IMG/VR virus record: IMGVR_UViG_3300029033_000135
Strand: one strand, 5' to 3'
From: a virus
Lineage: Duplodnaviria > Heunggongvirae > Uroviricota > Caudoviricetes
Length of the DNA: 30,187 nucleotides
Positions 26,996-30,187 of the stretch are shown in pieces (position 1 is the first letter of the stretch; every line of letters begins with the position of its first letter). Position numbers and translations under genes: made by a program. The notes below the pieces were generated by a model. The model did not search any database, had not been told where the DNA came from, and saw only the letters and a list, made by a program, of their open reading frames with translations.

Positions 26996-27652
26996 TTACA
27001 GTCTCCAGTTCTGAGCCTGATGCTGAATAGCATTAGCGCCGGTGCCTGGCGTTTTAGCGCCGCCACCACCTCCGTTACCGCCAGCCTTATGCATCGCGTA
27101 CGCACCTACAGCTCCCAGACCAGCGCCAACAAGAGAAGCTCGCCCCTGTTGTTTCGTAAACGCCGCCTGTGCATCCGATTTGGCTTTTGCCAGACTGCTG
27201 TCAGCCAAGGAGTTAAAACTCTGTAACGCATCTGCCTTCTGACCGGAACCGAGAGCCGCAACATCCTGTAGCCCGGCAACATACTTATCTGCCTGCGATA
27301 CCTGCCCCCGTGTGGTTGTGTCAATCTGCCCGGTTACCTGATCACTCTGGTTCGCATTCATTACCGCGTTAAAGCGACCACTGGACGGGTCAACACCGGA
27401 CTGAGCAAGATTACCCGCCAGCTCCTTCCGTGCTTCGCCAAACTGTTTCTGATACCCCAGATTTGTGGTGCCAGCAATATTGTCGTACTGCTGCTCACTG
27501 TTCAGGTCATCGACCTTTTCCATGAAGTTATCTTCAGCCGGGCGGAGGATTTTTTGATAATCCTGCCACCCTTTCCAGGCCACTTCTTCCTGTGCTATTT
27601 GCGCTGCTGTTGGTTTTACTTTGGTATCACCACCGCCTTTTTTTCCGCCCAT
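26996..27652 (-). CDS. Hypothetical 218-aa Gly-rich protein (MGGKKGGG ... GGNGGGGGAKTPG)
   Basis: ORF beginning right after a terminator, with Gly-rich termini; resembles small virion-internal or ejection-type proteins in composition only. Confidence 0.5.
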   Translation of the reverse strand: MGGKKGGGDTKVKPTAAQIAQEEVAWKGWQDYQKILRPAEDNFMEKVDDLNSEQQYDNIAGTTNLGYQKQFGEARKELAGNLAQSGVDPSSGRFNAVMNANQSDQVTGQIDTTTRGQVSQADKYVAGLQDVAALGSGQKADALQSFNSLADSSLAKAKSDAQAAFTKQQGRASLVGAGLGAVGAYAMHKAGGNGGGGGAKTPGTGANAIQHQAQNWRL

Positions 27653-27669
27653 TATGGCCCCCTGGATAA

Positions 27670-27692
27670 CAAAAAACCCTGCCGGGGCAGGG
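27670..27692 (-). terminator. Intrinsic terminator upstream of the 218-aa gene
   Basis: On the minus strand: ccctgcc-cc-ggcaggg hairpin followed by a U run (tttttt). Confidence 0.65.
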
Positions 27693-27743
27693 TCAGAATG
27701 TGAATTGCAATTGGTTTACACACGATAATGAATACAGTGGCAG

Positions 27744-28145
27744 TCAGACCGCTATCCTGAACACCATGAAGCCATCCTCATCATCCGGCATTCGCTCAAA
27801 GCCCAGACGTTTTCCCAGCCGGATAAATCCCCGCCTTGCCGTGTGGAATTCAGCCCAGCGTCCGCCAGCCAGACGGGTTAATGTCTTCACCTCCGGCAGA
27901 TAACGCTCAACACCGGCACTCCCCGTACACACACCCAGCAACACCAGAACATAAGGGATACCGTCGTCACTGAGCACAGAACGCAGCACCAGAAAACCAT
28001 CCGGTGCCTCAAAGCAAAATGCCTGCTTTTTAAGGCAGGCGTCTTTAACTTCATTCATAAATTCAGGGTTGCGGGAATTTCTCACAACACGCTGCATATA
28101 CCGGAGAATTGTGTCGTCCATTCTCTCACCAGAAACGGGTGCCAT
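27744..28145 (-). CDS. Hypothetical 133-aa protein
   Basis: ORF downstream of the hok-like gene on the same strand; no family recognised. Confidence 0.45.
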   Translation of the reverse strand: MAPVSGERMDDTILRYMQRVVRNSRNPEFMNEVKDACLKKQAFCFEAPDGFLVLRSVLSDDGIPYVLVLLGVCTGSAGVERYLPEVKTLTRLAGGRWAEFHTARRGFIRLGKRLGFERMPDDEDGFMVFRIAV

Positions 28146-28201
28146 ATCGGCTGAACCTCAGCAACCAGTTGACGGGGACTTTCGTCCCCGTCGCGGTTTT
28201 C

Positions 28202-28342
28202 CTACTGCTTACACTGTAAGAACGCCGCAAACTCCGCTCCCCACAAATTCAGCCGGAACTCACACAACGAGCCGTGTAACATCCAGATGGTGAAGATCAC
28301 CGTCATACAAATTGTGACGGTGATGAGCGATTTTTGCGACAT
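28202..28342 (-). CDS. Hok/Gef-family type I toxin-like small membrane protein (46 aa)
   Basis: Translated by hand (too short for the ORF track): MSQKSLITVTICMTVIFTIWMLHGSLCEFRLNLWGAEFAAFLQCKQ. The pattern IC.T..FT.....SLCE.R....E.AAFL matches Hok/Gef; SD aggagg lies 8 nt upstream. Confidence 0.6.
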   Translation of the reverse strand: MSQKSLITVTICMTVIFTIWMLHGSLCEFRLNLWGAEFAAFLQCKQ

Positions 28343-28403
28343 AGCGCTTGCCTCCTGAGTGGAGAGGCGCTAACCTTCTACTTGCTTAAGGTATGATGGT
28401 TAG

Positions 28404-28440
28404 GGCCTCGGGTTAACATTAAAGTTGACTCGGGGCCTTT
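28404..28440 (+). ncRNA. Possible Sok-like antisense RNA hairpin, or hok leader structure
   Basis: 14-bp stem ggcctcgggttaac / gttgactcggggcc with three G-U wobble pairs that work only in plus-strand RNA, followed by ttt; lies antisense to the hok-like leader. Confidence 0.25.
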
Positions 28441-28522
28441 CCACATCAGGCCTTCAGGTTCACCTTCCAGCCATCAGCCGAAAGGCACCCGCGCATAATC
28501 TACGATTTTTGCCCTGCACGGG

Positions 28523-28551
28523 CAACAAAAAACCCGCTATCACAGCGGGTT
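28523..28551 (-). terminator. Intrinsic terminator downstream of the lom-like gene
   Basis: On the minus strand: aacccgct-N5-agcgggtt hairpin followed by tttttt, 23 nt after the stop. Confidence 0.8.
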
Positions 28552-28573
28552 ATGACATGTTGTCGGGTATTAC

Positions 28574-29308
28574 TCAGAATTTCAGGCCAATGCCTACAAT
28601 AACCCCACTCGTGCGCCAGTCACCGGATCCGGAGCTTTCATACGCGACATCCATAGCAACACTTTCATTCAGGTTAAATTGTGCACCAGCAGCCCATGCA
28701 AGTGCTGTTTTTTTAGTACTCTTGCTTTCAGAAAAACTACCGGCACCATGATTAAGATTGTCGTTAATTTTCAAGTCAGTGGTGACTTTTGCACCCCCCA
28801 TACCAGCCATTGCATACACACTGAGGTATTCGTTAAACCGCCACGAAGGACCGGATAGTAGACTCCAGTAATTAGCCCTGATATCAGTTCTCGCTGAAGC
28901 TGCCGGATTTTTAACCTCTCTGGATTCATCTCCTGGGTTAATATCAATAAATGCCTGCGCATTAGTCATAGAACGCGCCCATGTAAAAGATGTTATAACA
29001 CCAATCTCATCCGTTATCTCATAACGATACCTGATGCTCATCCCCTGAGGAGATTTGCCTTTGCCATCATGCCCCCGGACAGAAGCATCTGCATATTCGC
29101 CTGAATTGAAGTAGTGTCTGTTTGTAAAACGGTTAAAAGTATCAAGATTATAAAGACTTAAATCCTTAACAAAATTGTTCAGTCCAGAGAGCTGAAGATG
29201 AGCGTATCCGAAAGAAACTGTACTGTCACCTTGTGCTGCACAGGCAGGGGCTGCTACAAAACTCATCACAAAAGTTGTGCACGCAAAAATAATTCTGGTA
29301 TGTTTCAT
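28574..29308 (-). CDS. Ail/Lom/OmpX-family outer-membrane beta-barrel protein (244 aa)
   Basis: Signal peptide (MKHTRIIFACTTFVMSFVAAPACAAQG), alternating amphipathic beta strands, and C-terminal GIGLKF ending in an aromatic residue as in Lom/Ail/PagC; AT-rich upstream region. Confidence 0.7.
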   Translation of the reverse strand: MKHTRIIFACTTFVMSFVAAPACAAQGDSTVSFGYAHLQLSGLNNFVKDLSLYNLDTFNRFTNRHYFNSGEYADASVRGHDGKGKSPQGMSIRYRYEITDEIGVITSFTWARSMTNAQAFIDINPGDESREVKNPAASARTDIRANYWSLLSGPSWRFNEYLSVYAMAGMGGAKVTTDLKINDNLNHGAGSFSESKSTKKTALAWAAGAQFNLNESVAMDVAYESSGSGDWRTSGVIVGIGLKF

Positions 29309-29394
29309 TTTTAGACTTTTCCTATAATAAAATAACCCCGTATTATCTAAGATGAATTTAGTTTTATTACTTAATATTCATACTGACAGGCATA

Positions 29395-30012
29395 TCAGTC
29401 ATACATTGATGAATTAATGACCAACACTTTATCTATATACGGCTTCCGAATATCCCATGTTGCACGACCGGAATAATGCTCACAGGAATATATTTTATTT
29501 CCTGTAGCCCCCGTTGATGTGGTGTAAATCGGTCGGTCATAAGGTGTACGCTGCCAGTTATAATACCCAACCAGTGCAGGCATAATTGCGCATGGATATC
29601 CAAGATCCTTCTCAAACTTGATATCAACTGGTATTAATTTCGCGTCAAGCAGCATCATTTCGCCATGGTAAATCATCTCACCCGACGGGTTATACATGGC
29701 AATACCATACTCAGAAGGTTGAGTAACCATATTCGCAAAAGCATAAACAGTCGTAACACCAGGATTCGTTCCCCTGACAATTTGATGAAGCCTTAAGGCA
29801 TGATATCCATCAATCTGTTCATGTGTGTACATGACATCGGCCTTTTTCTCTGTTCTGATAAAGAAAAAACAACTTTTTCCTGACGGGATTGATGTTTTAA
29901 AAAAAGCCTTCTCAGTCGCCGGAATAGTTCCCTTATTGATCAGACACTGAGGCGTAAACCCCGGGCTTATCCACAAGCTGCCATCTGGTTTCGTAATGCT
30001 TAAACCATACAT
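29395..30012 (-). CDS. Hypothetical protein (205 aa from the ATG at 30012; 208 aa from the GTG at 30021)
   Basis: ORF in an AT-rich segment; SD-like gggggtga precedes the ATG at 30012; no recognisable motif. Confidence 0.45.
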   Translation of the reverse strand: MYGLSITKPDGSLWISPGFTPQCLINKGTIPATEKAFFKTSIPSGKSCFFFIRTEKKADVMYTHEQIDGYHALRLHQIVRGTNPGVTTVYAFANMVTQPSEYGIAMYNPSGEMIYHGEMMLLDAKLIPVDIKFEKDLGYPCAIMPALVGYYNWQRTPYDRPIYTTSTGATGNKIYSCEHYSGRATWDIRKPYIDKVLVINSSMYD

Positions 30013-30187
30013 ACAACTCACCCCCAGAATGTATAAATATATGACCCCATCCCCTGCTCAAGATTCGACCACGTCACCGTATTGCCATTAATGGTTATCT
30101 TCGGTACTGGATTTGCCCCTATATTTCCAGACACCTGTTATCACTTAACCCATTACTGGCCTGCTGCCGTAGATATTCCCGTGGCGA

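Larger units (their letters stand above)
12101..30187. mobile_element. Mosaic lambdoid prophage-like element inserted in ynfG (partial; continues beyond the window end)
   Basis: Loss of ynfG homology at 12101, followed by phage-type genes (HNH endonuclease, antirepressor, PAPS-reductase/ParB pair, GepA-like, Lom-like, Hok-like), sharp compositional shifts, and terminator-separated minus-strand genes. Confidence 0.75.

Noticed and set aside
28069-28751. Plus-strand ORFs 28069-28293 and 28425-28751
   Set aside because: They lie antisense to the hok-like gene, its leader and the lom-like 3' end; low-complexity translations with no start signals. A plus-strand small RNA is more plausible than a protein here.
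30119-30187. Short open frame running off the right edge on the minus strand (ends ...NRCLEI, stop at 30119-30121)
   Set aside because: Only about 22 codons are visible and the frame choice is ambiguous; it is probably the 3' end of an upstream phage gene but cannot be called.

Overview
The window is Escherichia coli-type chromosome with three parts. (1) 1-~1800: the end of a lambdoid prophage with an excisionase-like gene and an intact tyrosine integrase, at the position where K-12 carries the Qin prophage beside rspB. (2) ~1900-12100: the conserved core block rspB-rspA-ynfA-ynfB-speG-ynfC-ynfD-ynfE-ynfF, recognised from remembered K-12 protein sequences and gene order. (3) 12101-30187: a second, mosaic prophage-like element that begins inside ynfG, leaving only a 37-codon 5' fragment of the Fe-S subunit gene. 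On the plus strand it carries an HNH endonuclease, an ORF6N-type antirepressor (interrupted by a 14-N assembly gap), and an overlapping PAPS-reductase-like / ParB-like pair (IbrA/IbrB-like). On the minus strand it carries an orphan Panacea/GepA-like gene, a G+C-rich module of four small genes plus a giant 2793-aa ORF with two HExxH motifs, then an AT-rich moron block (Hok-like toxin, Lom/Ail-like outer membrane protein, one unknown ORF). The minus-strand genes are separated by intrinsic terminators. The two best candidates for an undescribed system are the IbrAB-like PP-loop ATPase/ParB pair and the giant polyvalent-like ORF with its neighbours. All calls rest on reading the sequence and on recalled family motifs; no database search was run.
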